Shown here: in pieces, positions 26,615 to 35,774 of the stretch
Position numbering within the stretch: position 1 is the first letter of the stretch
Layout of the letters: each line of letters begins with the position of its first letter
Source of the DNA: Chloroflexota bacterium
GTDB taxonomy: Bacteria; Chloroflexota; Dehalococcoidia; Lucifugimonadales; UBA3495
Assembly: GCA_022562475.1 (NCBI GenBank)
Contig: JADFPD010000002.1
Location: 1-54,074, forward strand
Length of the DNA: 54,074 nt
Direction: 5' to 3'
Translations under genes and position numbers: made by a program
The notes under the pieces: model-generated
Databases searched by the model: none
What the model saw: the letters and a program-made list of their open reading frames with translations, nothing else
Told to the model about the DNA's origin: nothing

Positions 26615-27616
26615 TTATAGGCGGGCGATCACCTCTTGGCCGAAGCGGCGGATGATGTTGTCCGGCTCGGAGCTGATGGCCAAGATCAAAAGGTTGTCCA
26701 CGCCTGCGTCCCTGATGGTGCGCACCTTTTCCAGGCACTCATCGGGCGTGCCGGCCACGGCGAAACGGTCGGCCAAGAAATCAGTCAGGCCCAGTTCGTC
26801 GCTGAGGGCGGCATTCCGAGTCTCGCCCAATTGCTCGTGTTCCGAGGGGACATACTCCCCCTGCAGCGCCATGACCGATTCCCGGAGTTCTTCCGGTACG
26901 TTCTTGCCTTCCAGAGTGAACCGGAAGGCGTGATGCCCGGATGCCACCAGAGCCATCTTTATCTCATCGATCGCGTCTTCACGCCGGTCGGCGATGTTGC
27001 ACTTGGCGAAGGCCCACACCTCGGCGGAGCCCTCCGGCCTTCCCGCGGCACGCTCTCCATCTCTGATCTGGGCGATGGTGTCGGCCAGGACCTCCCTGGT
27101 CAGGCCCGAATGCACGATGACGGCATCGGCTATTCCTCCGGCCATGGCCAAGGTCTTGGGCCCCTCAGCCGCCATTATTATTGGCACCGGGTTTTCCGAC
27201 CACTGCACATGGATGGGCCTGCCTTTGTAATCGTAGGACTGGCCGGTGAGGACCGCGCGCAATGCCTCTATGTACTCTCGGAGTTCGGTCAACCTGGCCG
27301 GGCGCAGGCCCAGGTTGAGGACGGCGCTATCTCCGCTGCCGATGCCCAAGAACGCCCTTCCGCCGGAGATCTCGTTCAGCGTGGCAATGGCCGACGCAGT
27401 CACGGCCGGGTGCCGGGTGAGGGCATTGGTCACCGTGGGACCGATGCGCACTCTGCTGGTGGCGTTGGCGACCACGCTCAAACTCAAGTAAAGCTCGCGC
27501 CACAAAGACTGGGAGTCGGGTATGCCGACGTAATCGAACCCCAAGTCCTCGGCCAATCTGGCGCTCACGGCCGTTTCATTCAAGTCGTGAGGAACGATGG
27601 CGACTCCGAATTTCAT
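26615..27616 (-). CDS. LLM-class (luciferase-like) flavin/F420-dependent oxidoreductase
   Basis: 333 aa. MKFGV.., GFDYVGIPDSQ, RIGPTVTN..TRHPAVTASAIATL..ISGGRAFLGIGSGDS is typical of the LLM family. Confidence 0.85.
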   Translation of the reverse strand: MKFGVAIVPHDLNETAVSARLAEDLGFDYVGIPDSQSLWRELYLSLSVVANATSRVRIGPTVTNALTRHPAVTASAIATLNEISGGRAFLGIGSGDSAVLNLGLRPARLTELREYIEALRAVLTGQSYDYKGRPIHVQWSENPVPIIMAAEGPKTLAMAGGIADAVIVHSGLTREVLADTIAQIRDGERAAGRPEGSAEVWAFAKCNIADRREDAIDEIKMALVASGHHAFRFTLEGKNVPEELRESVMALQGEYVPSEHEQLGETRNAALSDELGLTDFLADRFAVAGTPDECLEKVRTIRDAGVDNLLILAISSEPDNIIRRFGQEVIARL

Positions 27617-28698
27617 GACCGCTCCTTAGCTGTTTCCTTGTTGGTGGCGGAAGTGGCGGACCCGGCCAGGCGGCTCAGATACCGCGCCCGCTTCAGATTG
27701 GTGAATGTGTAGATAATGATGCAGAGGCCGAGCATCACTTCAGGCACCTCGGAGCCCCGGGGACCGTGGTTGAAGTTGTCCATGACCAGCCTCGGAATGT
27801 TGGCGCCCTCCCATATGTCGCCGGTGCGCCAAACCATGATCATCAACAGCGCCGGCGCCATGGTCAGAGACGGCAGTAAAAGTCTCATCTGGTCGCTCAG
27901 TCCCCGCAAGTTGGCGGTCAAACGCCACAGTCCACCGACCATGCCCAGTGCGCTGCCCCAGAACAGGGCCTCGAAGATGATGTTATTGGCGAAGTTCACA
28001 TTGTGGATGGTGGTCTCATCCTGGAAATTTATCTCTTGAATGACCGAGGGTGTTCCCCAGCCCACCAACCGCTGTCCCCAACTGATCTCTTCCATGGCGC
28101 CCAGGAAGAACCCCACCGCCAGGAACAGGTAGAGATACCGCAACTTGGTGTGCCTGGTGGCACGTAGCGCCCAGAAGGCGGCGCCCGCGAACACGGCAGC
28201 GGCCAGATACGTCGCCACCGACCACCACTCGCTGAGGCCGTCTTCACCCTCAAGCCAATCGGTGTCCAGGTGGGCACGTAGCGCCCAATGGGCCAGTCCG
28301 GCGAAGACGAACACTCCGATCAAGGACAGGAAAAAGACCAGTCCGTAGCGGTCCGGCGGCAGCGAATCACTCTCTTGCCTGCCTGCCGTTGGCCGAAGGG
28401 CGTTGGCCAAAGCTGCCCTCACCCTCCCGTTGCCCAAGGGCAGGGCGATGGCCGCGACGACGATTCCGGACCAGGCCCAGACATCTATTCCATTGGTCAC
28501 GGCGGCCGCGGTTTCCGGAGAAAGGGCGTTGGGCCCGGACTGGGATATCTCAACCAGCCATTCAACGCCCGAGAAGACCGGACCATCGAAGACCACCAAG
28601 AACAAGGCCAGGACCAAGCCAAAAAGTCCCATGGCCGTCCAAAGAGCGGACGCCTCGTAGATAGAAGGGACCTGGGCCGTGACGCGGTTGTCAGCCAT
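27613..28698 (-). CDS. polytopic membrane protein, unknown function
   Basis: About 9-10 hydrophobic segments. ATGA overlap with the downstream LLM gene. The start could be the ATG at 28698 or the TTG at 28704. Confidence 0.65.
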   Translation of the reverse strand: MADNRVTAQVPSIYEASALWTAMGLFGLVLALFLVVFDGPVFSGVEWLVEISQSGPNALSPETAAAVTNGIDVWAWSGIVVAAIALPLGNGRVRAALANALRPTAGRQESDSLPPDRYGLVFFLSLIGVFVFAGLAHWALRAHLDTDWLEGEDGLSEWWSVATYLAAAVFAGAAFWALRATRHTKLRYLYLFLAVGFFLGAMEEISWGQRLVGWGTPSVIQEINFQDETTIHNVNFANNIIFEALFWGSALGMVGGLWRLTANLRGLSDQMRLLLPSLTMAPALLMIMVWRTGDIWEGANIPRLVMDNFNHGPRGSEVPEVMLGLCIIIYTFTNLKRARYLSRLAGSATSATNKETAKERS

Positions 28699-28720
28699 GG
28701 TCAACCAGGCAGCGGGGCTA

Positions 28721-29899
28721 TCAGTAAACCTTGCGGGGTCCCACCGTTTTCAAGTAACCCTCGAAGTTGCGCCTGGTTTCGGGGATGGAATCGCCGCCGA
28801 ACTTCTCCATGAACGCATCGGCCAAGATGAGAGCGACCATGGCTTCGCCAACCACGCAGGCCGGGGGCGCCTGACAAACATCGGAGCGCTCGAAGTGGGC
28901 CAGGACCTCTTCGCCGGTGTCCAAGTCAACGGATGGCAGGGGCGTGACCATGGTGGCGATGGGTTTGACGACGAACCGGGCTACCAAGGGCATGCCATTG
29001 GTCATCCCGCCTTCGGTGCCGCCCAGCCGGTTGGTCTTTCGCCGCCAGGGATTGTCCGGGTCCGTCACCGGCTCGATCACGTCCTGCACCTGGGAGCCGC
29101 GCTGGCCGGCGATCTCCCATCCGAGGCCGATGGACACGGCCTTGACGGCGTTGATCGACATGAGGGCCTGGGTCACCCGGCCGTCGATCTTCCGGTCCCA
29201 ACTCACATGGGAACCCAGGCCGATGGGAACGTTTTCGGCGATGATCTCACAGGTGCCGCCCACGGTGTCGCCGGCCTCTTTGGCGGCGTCGATCTCGGCC
29301 GCCATCTTGAGGGCGGCGTCGGGGTCGGAGCAGCGCACGGGAGACTCCTCGACGGCTGCCCAGTCGATGGTCTCGGGCGGTTCGGCATTGATCGAACCGA
29401 TGGATAGAACGTGGCTGTGAATCTGGATGCCAAACTCTTCCAGCAGCTTGATGGCGATGGCCCCGGCAGCCACCCGGGCGGCCGTCTCCCGGGCGCTGGC
29501 CCGCTCCAGCACGTTCCGGACGTCTTCGAAGCCATACTTCATTGCCCCTGGCAGGTCGGCGTGGCCGGGACGAATACGGGTGACGCGTTGTGTGCGCGGA
29601 CTCTGGGGCGGGCCATCCAGCGGCTCGATGGCCATGGCCTCTTCCCAGTTGGCCCAGTCCTTGTTCTCCAGGGTCATGCCGATGGGGCTACCCAGGGTCA
29701 GTCCGTGGCGCACACCGGAGATGATCTTGGCCCGGTCCTGCTCGATCAGCATGCGTCCGCCCCGGCCGTAGCCCTTCTGGCGGCGGGCCAGGTGGACGCC
29801 GATATAGTCCTCGCTGATCGCGAGTCCCGCGGGGACGCCCTCTAATATTATTATCAGGCCCTGTCCGTGGGACTCGCCTGCGGTGAAAAATCTGACCAT
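28721..29899 (-). CDS. aroC: chorismate synthase
   Basis: MVRFFTAGESHG, GRSSARETA-like ERASARETAARV, and GGTEGGMTNG. Confidence 0.95.
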   Translation of the reverse strand: MVRFFTAGESHGQGLIIILEGVPAGLAISEDYIGVHLARRQKGYGRGGRMLIEQDRAKIISGVRHGLTLGSPIGMTLENKDWANWEEAMAIEPLDGPPQSPRTQRVTRIRPGHADLPGAMKYGFEDVRNVLERASARETAARVAAGAIAIKLLEEFGIQIHSHVLSIGSINAEPPETIDWAAVEESPVRCSDPDAALKMAAEIDAAKEAGDTVGGTCEIIAENVPIGLGSHVSWDRKIDGRVTQALMSINAVKAVSIGLGWEIAGQRGSQVQDVIEPVTDPDNPWRRKTNRLGGTEGGMTNGMPLVARFVVKPIATMVTPLPSVDLDTGEEVLAHFERSDVCQAPPACVVGEAMVALILADAFMEKFGGDSIPETRRNFEGYLKTVGPRKVY

Positions 29900-29954
29900 G
29901 GAAATCCTGTGTGTAAATCCTATGTGGAAGATAATGGGCGGAATGCGGTGCGCC

Positions 29955-30827
29955 CTAGGCGCCTCGAGAAGCCATTTCGGCGGTGGCTGCTTCCAGCATA
30001 ACGTCCACCGGTGCGTCCTTGCCCGTCCACATCTTGAAGGACAAAACCCCCTGGTACACCAGCATATGGAGCCCGCCCAAAGCGGTGGCCCCGGCGGCGG
30101 CGGCCTCTTTGAGGATGGGAGTTAGCAACGGATTATACACCAGGTCATTGACTATGGCTGAGGCTGGAATCTGGTCTGCCGATAGCGGAGAGCCGTGCTC
30201 GTCCGGCCCGTGGGACATGCCGATGGTGGTGCAGTTAACGATGAGATTAGCCGACGCGGCGGCTTCAGTTAGCGCATCCGCCGGCTCACCGCTTTTTGTC
30301 AGAGGGATGGCTACCGATTCGACCCCATTTTCCGATGCCAGTTGGGCCAGGGTTTCCGCCCGCTCCAGGGTCCGGTTGGCGATCACCAGCGAGTCCACGC
30401 CTCCCCTGACCAAGGCCAGCAGGATGCCTCTGGCGGCGCCACCGGCGCCCAATATCAGCGCGCGGGTACCCTGGGGAGAGTACCCGGTCTCAACCAACAA
30501 AGCGCGGAGGAATCCGGGGCCGTCGGTGTTATGGCCGGTCAGGCGGCCGTCCCGGTTCACGATGGTGTTCACTGCACCGGCGGCGGTGGCCCATTCGTCT
30601 ACTTCATCCAGGAAGGGAATCACCGCCTGTTTGTGGGGCACGGTGATGTTGATGCCCAACGAGTCGGGGGCGCGCAGCCCATCCACGAAATCGCCCACAC
30701 CCTCCGGGGTGACCTCCCACTTCTCGTAGGTAGCGTCGATACCCAGATGGTCCAGCCCCGCCTGTTGAAAAACGGGCGAGATGGAGTGGCCGATGGGGTA
30801 GCCGATTATGCCTATCTTGGCGGTCAA
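29955..30827 (-). CDS. aroE: shikimate dehydrogenase
   Basis: IGYPIGHSISPVFQ, NITVPHK, GHNTDG, and the GAGGAARG NADP site. Confidence 0.9.
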   Translation of the reverse strand: MTAKIGIIGYPIGHSISPVFQQAGLDHLGIDATYEKWEVTPEGVGDFVDGLRAPDSLGINITVPHKQAVIPFLDEVDEWATAAGAVNTIVNRDGRLTGHNTDGPGFLRALLVETGYSPQGTRALILGAGGAARGILLALVRGGVDSLVIANRTLERAETLAQLASENGVESVAIPLTKSGEPADALTEAAASANLIVNCTTIGMSHGPDEHGSPLSADQIPASAIVNDLVYNPLLTPILKEAAAAGATALGGLHMLVYQGVLSFKMWTGKDAPVDVMLEAATAEMASRGA

Positions 30828-30956
30828 AGTTAGCGAGTCCTGCCAGGGTGCTTCGAAAATATACGGGTAGCCGGGCGGTCGAACGACACATTCGACACCT
30901 GGAATATACCCACGGTCAAGAGCCGTGTCAATTCAGGATTCCGATGCCCGTGAGGA

Positions 30957-31017
30957 CAGGTTAGCCCGTCCGTTTGTCCTTTCAAGAGGCCAGGTTAGCC
31001 CGTCCGTCTGTCCTCTC
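30957..31017. repeat. 27-nt tandem duplication (34-nt period) spanning the stop codon of the FGE-family gene
   Basis: caggttagcccgtccgtTtgtcctTtc at 30957-30983 and caggttagcccgtccgtCtgtcctCtc at 30991-31017. Confidence 0.8.
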
Positions 31018-31977
31018 GATCGGAGGTTCGTCTGCGACGCATCTAAAGCCGACGACGATACTTCTGGTCAACTCGGGAGGAACGAATCTCTCCCGGAACC
31101 AGGTGAAGGCCACGGCCCATGGAACGTCCCAGGCCCCACCCCTGACCACTTTGATGGTACCGTTGGCCGCGCCTTTGGGATTCTTTTCGGGAGCATTCTC
31201 GTAGTACGCAGGGTCATACCAGTCGGCAACCCACTCCCAGACGTTCCCTGCCATGTCTAAAACCCCGTATGGACTTGCCCCAGCGGGATATGAGCCCACC
31301 TCTGTTGGGCCGCCGGCAGTGATCGACTCGCGGATCCAAAGTGTCCATTCGTCGTAATCTGACATCTGGCGGCCGCCGACACTTTCGGCGGAATAAAGAC
31401 GGTTGGGATCCCAAATATCCCCCCAGGGATAGGCCAGGCCCTCTGTGCCCCTGGCCGCTTTCTCCCATTCAGCCTCAGTGGGTAGCCTTTTCCCAGCCCA
31501 CGCACAGTAGGTCCGGGCGTCGAACCAGGAGACGCCGGTCACTGGTTGCATGCTGTGATTCAAATCCGGATCGCGCCAAAATGAAGGTAAGCGATGCCCA
31601 CTGGCGTCCACAAATATCCGGTACTGCTCGTTAGTGACCTCGACCTTGTCGATATAGTAGGCGTCTAAAACAACCTGATGGAGCGGTCCGGCACCCCGAA
31701 TCAGGTCGGCCATCTGCGGCTGTAACTCCTCAGGCCAACCGAACCCCAGCGCCGCGATTCGCTGCGGGAGAGACGCGCCCATCGTAAACTCTCCTGCCGG
31801 GATAAGGACCATGCCGCCAACTCCCGGCGTTTCGACCGGTTCTGTTGGCGTCGATTGAGCGGTGGGTTGAATAGTGAGATTAGGCGGCCCGGCTGTCGGC
31901 GATGCCCCTCCGCAGGCGAGGGCGCCGGTTAGTATCAGACACAATAAAAATACGGCCTGGGGTAGTTTTACCCTCAT
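30982..31977 (-). CDS. formylglycine-generating enzyme (SUMF1/FGE-sulfatase) family lipoprotein
   Basis: Lipobox LTGALAC|GG. IPAGEFTMG, VTNEQY..F, PVTGVSWFDA..YC.WAGKRLPTEAEWEKAARG, RVVRGGAW. Confidence 0.85.
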   Translation of the reverse strand: MRVKLPQAVFLLCLILTGALACGGASPTAGPPNLTIQPTAQSTPTEPVETPGVGGMVLIPAGEFTMGASLPQRIAALGFGWPEELQPQMADLIRGAGPLHQVVLDAYYIDKVEVTNEQYRIFVDASGHRLPSFWRDPDLNHSMQPVTGVSWFDARTYCAWAGKRLPTEAEWEKAARGTEGLAYPWGDIWDPNRLYSAESVGGRQMSDYDEWTLWIRESITAGGPTEVGSYPAGASPYGVLDMAGNVWEWVADWYDPAYYENAPEKNPKGAANGTIKVVRGGAWDVPWAVAFTWFRERFVPPELTRSIVVGFRCVADEPPIERTDGRANLAS

Positions 31978-32030
31978 GTGCGCACCACCGCGTAGACCAG
32001 GGCAGGTATTGCGGAAGGGATCAGGTGACG

Positions 32031-34718
32031 TTAACCGGCCAACTGTTCCAGAATCTCAATGAGGTGCTGCCGGCGTTCCTTCAGGTCCTGCAGGCGGGCC
32101 TCTTCGGTCTCCACCACCTCGGGTTTGGCCTTCTCGCGGAAGTTGGGATTGGAAACCAACTTCTCAACGCGCTCCATATTCTTGAGGCAATCGTCCAGTT
32201 CGGCGCGCAGGCGGTCTTTCTCAGCGGATAGGTCGACCACACCCTCCAACGGCAGGTGGACGACCAATGGATTGACCACCAGGGTTACACCCTTGGGCAA
32301 GTCTTTACTTGAGGAGCCATCGGCTACGATGTGCAGCGGTTCCAACCGTGACAGCGCCCGGATCACCTCCGCTTCTTCCTCTATCGGGCCCTGCATGCCG
32401 TTGGCTTCGATCTGGGCCTCCAGGCGTTGCCCGGCCGGTATACGGAGTTGGGCCCGGGTATTCCTTACGGCGCGGATGGCCTGCATCACCAGACCTATCT
32501 CTTCTTCGGCTTGGACGTCGATCCGGGGTTGGTCGGCGGTGGGGTATTCAGCCACCATGATGGATTCCACGACGCCGCCTTCTTGCGGAAGCTTGGAGCG
32601 CAGGTTCTGCCAGACCTCCTCCGTGATGAAGGGCATGAAGGGGTGGAGCAGACGCAGGGATCGTTCCAGCACATGGACCAGGGTGGGCAATGGCGACGGC
32701 CCTTCCCCGGAGCGCAGCCGGAGTTTGGCCATCTCGATATACCAGTCGCAGTAATCGTTCCAGAAGAAGTCGTACAGCTTCTGCTGGGCGTCGCCAACCT
32801 CGAAATTGCGCAGCGACTCGTTGACCTCGGCGGTCACCCGGTCCAGGAGGCTGACGATCCAGCGGTCTTCGCGGTGTTCCACGGCGGGCAGGTCGTGCCA
32901 GCCGTCCAGCCCCGACTTGACATCCAGTCTCGATATGACGAACCGGGAGGCGTTCCAGACCTTGTTGGCGAAATTGCGGGCCGCTTCCACCCGGTTCTCG
33001 CCGAAGCGCAGGTCATTGCCCGGCGCAGTGCCCGTTGTGAGAGCGAACCGCAAGGCATCGGTGCCGTACTTCTCGATAAGTTCCAGTGGGTCCAAGGTGT
33101 TGCCCCGGGTCTTGCTCATCTTGGCGCCGGAGGCATCGCGGACCAGACCGTGCAGGAACACGGTACGGAAGGGCACTTGGCCGGTGTTCTCGATGCCCAG
33201 CATGATCATGCGGGCCACCCAGAAGAACAGGATGTCGTAACCCGTAACCAATACAGCGGTCGGGTAGAAATAATCCAGGTCCTCCGTCTGCTCGGGCCAG
33301 CCCAAGGTGGAATGGGGCCAGAGTCCGGAGCTGAACCAGGTGTCCAGAACGTCGGAGTCCTGCTCGATGCCGGCGGCGCCGCAGCCCTCGCACCGGTCGG
33401 GGTCTTCGACGGCCACGGTCATATGGTGGCACGAGGAACAATACCAGACCGGGATGCGGTGCCCCCACCAAAGTTGCCGGCTGATGCACCAGTCCCGGAT
33501 GTTTTCCAGCCAGTTCAGGTAGACCCGCCGGAATCGCTCGGGGACTACCTTGATGCCGCCGTTGTATATGGCGGCGTGGGCCTTGCCGGCGATGCTGTCC
33601 GGTTGGTCCGGGCTCCCCAGGTTGACGAACCATTGAAGACTGACCAGGGGCTCCACCACGGTGCTGCACCGCTGGCAGTGTCCCACCGAGTGGCGGTGGT
33701 CCTCCACCTTTTCCAGCAGGCCCAATCGGTCCAGTTCCTCGGCCACTTTCCGGCGGGCCTCGTTGCGCTCAACGCCCTCATACTTCCCGGCGGCGGACGT
33801 CAGGTTGCCGTCCAGGCCGATGACGTTTACGATCTCCAGGCCGTGGCGCTCGCCGATCTCGAAGTCCACCGGGTCGTGGGCCGGCGTGACCTTCAGGGCG
33901 CCGGTCCCGAACTCGCGGTCGATGGCCTCGTCGCCTACCACCGGGATGGGCCGGTCCATTATGGGCAGCACTACATTTTTCCCAATTATCCGGTTGTACC
34001 GGTCGTCTTCGGGATGAACGGCCACGCCGGAGTCGCCCAGCATGGTCTCAGGGCGGGTGGTGGCAACGGTGATGAAGGACTTAGGGTCGTCTTCCAAGGG
34101 ATAGCGGATGTGGTAGAGCTTGCCGTCAACGTCCTGGTAGTCCACTTCCAAGTCGCTCAGGGCCGTGGCGCAGCGGGTGCACCAGTTGATGATCCGCTCG
34201 TGGCGGTAGATCAGCCCCTTTTGATAGAGGTTGACGAAGGTGGTTCGCACGGCCTTGGCAGGGCCGGGGTCCAGGGTGAAACGATGACGTTCCCAGTCGG
34301 CGGAGATGCCCAAACGCCGTGACTGCTCGTGGATCACGCCACCGAACTTCCGGACGTGCTCCCAGACTGTTTCCAGGAACTGATCGCGGCCCAACTCGTG
34401 GCGGCTCTGTCCCTCGGCGGCCAGCTGCCGCTCCACCACCCATTGGGTGGCGATGCCGGCGTGGTCGGTGCCGGGCAGCCAGAGGGTTGGGGCCCCGGTC
34501 ATCCGGCGCCAGCGGACCAGGGCGTCGATAATGGAAAATTGCAGGGCGTGGCCCAGGTGCAGCTCCCCGGTAACGTTGGGCGGGGGCATGATGATGACGA
34601 AGGGCTCGACGCCCTTTTCGATCTTGGCGTTGAAATAGCCTTGGGACTGCCAGTCCTGGTAGATCCGTTGTTCAACGTCGGCGGCGTTGTAAGTGCTGGG
34701 CATCTGGGCGGAAGTCAT
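32031..34718 (-). CDS. valS: valine--tRNA ligase
   Basis: 895 aa. PPNVTGELHLGH (HIGH), KMSKTRGN (KMSKS), the CP1 editing domain, and a C-terminal coiled coil. Confidence 0.97.
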   Translation of the reverse strand: MTSAQMPSTYNAADVEQRIYQDWQSQGYFNAKIEKGVEPFVIIMPPPNVTGELHLGHALQFSIIDALVRWRRMTGAPTLWLPGTDHAGIATQWVVERQLAAEGQSRHELGRDQFLETVWEHVRKFGGVIHEQSRRLGISADWERHRFTLDPGPAKAVRTTFVNLYQKGLIYRHERIINWCTRCATALSDLEVDYQDVDGKLYHIRYPLEDDPKSFITVATTRPETMLGDSGVAVHPEDDRYNRIIGKNVVLPIMDRPIPVVGDEAIDREFGTGALKVTPAHDPVDFEIGERHGLEIVNVIGLDGNLTSAAGKYEGVERNEARRKVAEELDRLGLLEKVEDHRHSVGHCQRCSTVVEPLVSLQWFVNLGSPDQPDSIAGKAHAAIYNGGIKVVPERFRRVYLNWLENIRDWCISRQLWWGHRIPVWYCSSCHHMTVAVEDPDRCEGCGAAGIEQDSDVLDTWFSSGLWPHSTLGWPEQTEDLDYFYPTAVLVTGYDILFFWVARMIMLGIENTGQVPFRTVFLHGLVRDASGAKMSKTRGNTLDPLELIEKYGTDALRFALTTGTAPGNDLRFGENRVEAARNFANKVWNASRFVISRLDVKSGLDGWHDLPAVEHREDRWIVSLLDRVTAEVNESLRNFEVGDAQQKLYDFFWNDYCDWYIEMAKLRLRSGEGPSPLPTLVHVLERSLRLLHPFMPFITEEVWQNLRSKLPQEGGVVESIMVAEYPTADQPRIDVQAEEEIGLVMQAIRAVRNTRAQLRIPAGQRLEAQIEANGMQGPIEEEAEVIRALSRLEPLHIVADGSSSKDLPKGVTLVVNPLVVHLPLEGVVDLSAEKDRLRAELDDCLKNMERVEKLVSNPNFREKAKPEVVETEEARLQDLKERRQHLIEILEQLAG

Positions 34719-34973
34719 TGCCGGATCCGTTCTCCGTGGGAATTTAGTTTCTCGTTTAATGGCCAGGGCGAAAATTGATTCAACCGGCCATGAGCAAATA
34801 TATCATTCGCCGTTGCAGAGCGTCCATTGAAGCAACCGGATGGAATGTTAAAAAACTATTCTACGGCCGATGCGTCCCCACGCCTAAAAACCCTTGAAAC
34901 GCGTTCTAAGGCGATTTACGGGGGTTAGTGGCGAAAAGATGACTGGGTGGTGGTCGGGGTGGGATTCCGGGCG

Positions 34974-35774
34974 CTATTTTTGGTGGAAATCCTGGCTTGG
35001 CCCGCGGCGCCCGTTATCGTGCTGTTCCAATAAATCCAACCGCCGGACCGCCTTTCGGGTGTCGCTGGCAACGCGGGCCGGGTCCCAGAGGTTGATGCGG
35101 TGTTTGTGGAGCCAGTAGGTGAATTCTTTAAGGTCGGAAAGGGATAGGTTGCGGCGGCGGTCCTTCTTGGTCTCTTTCTGGAAAGTCTTAAGCAATTCAG
35201 TCCGGGGTTTCTGGTAGAGGCTGACGTACGCCTCTTCGGTAACGTCTTCGGTGTCCGGATAACCGCGGGATAGGTGCAGTTTCCGGACCTCCTCTTCCGA
35301 AACCAATTGCAGCGCCTCTTCCAGGACCACGCCGTAGTGGAAGTTCATATAGGCCCGGAACTTGCTGGTTCCTAGGTAGTCCCGAAACTGGCCTTCATCG
35401 ACCGAGTCCGGTATCCGCCCGCTGAACAGAAAACGTTCCTTCTCCTCCACTGGGATGGCGCCGTCGACGCCGTCGCAGAGCCGCTCCGCCAGCAGCAGCC
35501 AGTCGAAGGCTTCGCCCATCAGGAGGTAACGGTATTTGCGGCCATCCAAGACCTCTTCGGGCCAGGTCCACCGGCCCATGGCTTCGAGAAGGGCAGACTG
35601 CCAGGGCGCTCCGGCGGCCAGCGCGGTCCGCAGGTGCAAGAGAGCTTCGGGCACTGCCGGAGCGATGGCGGTCTCGCCGGACGGTTCGACGATCTGCGTC
35701 CAATCGTTTGGCTCTACCATACCGGGCGCCTCCGCCATATCCGAGGACTGTGCCATTCCCGGTTTCTGGCTCAT
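34974..35774 (-). CDS. conserved hypothetical protein, translationally coupled to polX
   Basis: 266 aa. ATGA overlap with the polX stop. No family recognised. Confidence 0.6.
   Translation of the reverse strand: MSQKPGMAQSSDMAEAPGMVEPNDWTQIVEPSGETAIAPAVPEALLHLRTALAAGAPWQSALLEAMGRWTWPEEVLDGRKYRYLLMGEAFDWLLLAERLCDGVDGAIPVEEKERFLFSGRIPDSVDEGQFRDYLGTSKFRAYMNFHYGVVLEEALQLVSEEEVRKLHLSRGYPDTEDVTEEAYVSLYQKPRTELLKTFQKETKKDRRRNLSLSDLKEFTYWLHKHRINLWDPARVASDTRKAVRRLDLLEQHDNGRRGPSQDFHQK

Noticed and set aside
26466-26738. 90-aa track ORF on the minus strand.
   Set aside because: Most of it is antisense or overlap noise over the end of the LLM gene. Only its last 14 codons (MEGKFQLEITYCVS) are real, forming the N-terminus of the selenoprotein that continues through the TGA.
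32427-34322. Very long ORFs antisense to real genes. Examples: 631 aa opposite valS, 421 aa at 42184..43449 opposite the surface protein, 358 aa at 26636..27712 opposite the LLM gene, 314 aa at 10866..11810, 240 aa at 21358..22080, and 216 aa at 854..1504.
   Set aside because: These are typical stop-poor antisense frames of high-GC DNA. Their translations are Arg/Gly/Pro/Ala/His-rich with no recognisable motifs, while the opposite strand in each case encodes an unmistakable protein family.
34719-34973. T-box riboswitch leader upstream of valS (a 255-nt gap of suitable length).
   Set aside because: I could not find the conserved T-box sequence (..GGGUGGNACCGCG..) or a terminator with a U-run on the minus strand. 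Only an 8-bp hairpin without a U-tract is present. A covariance-model scan would be needed to be sure.
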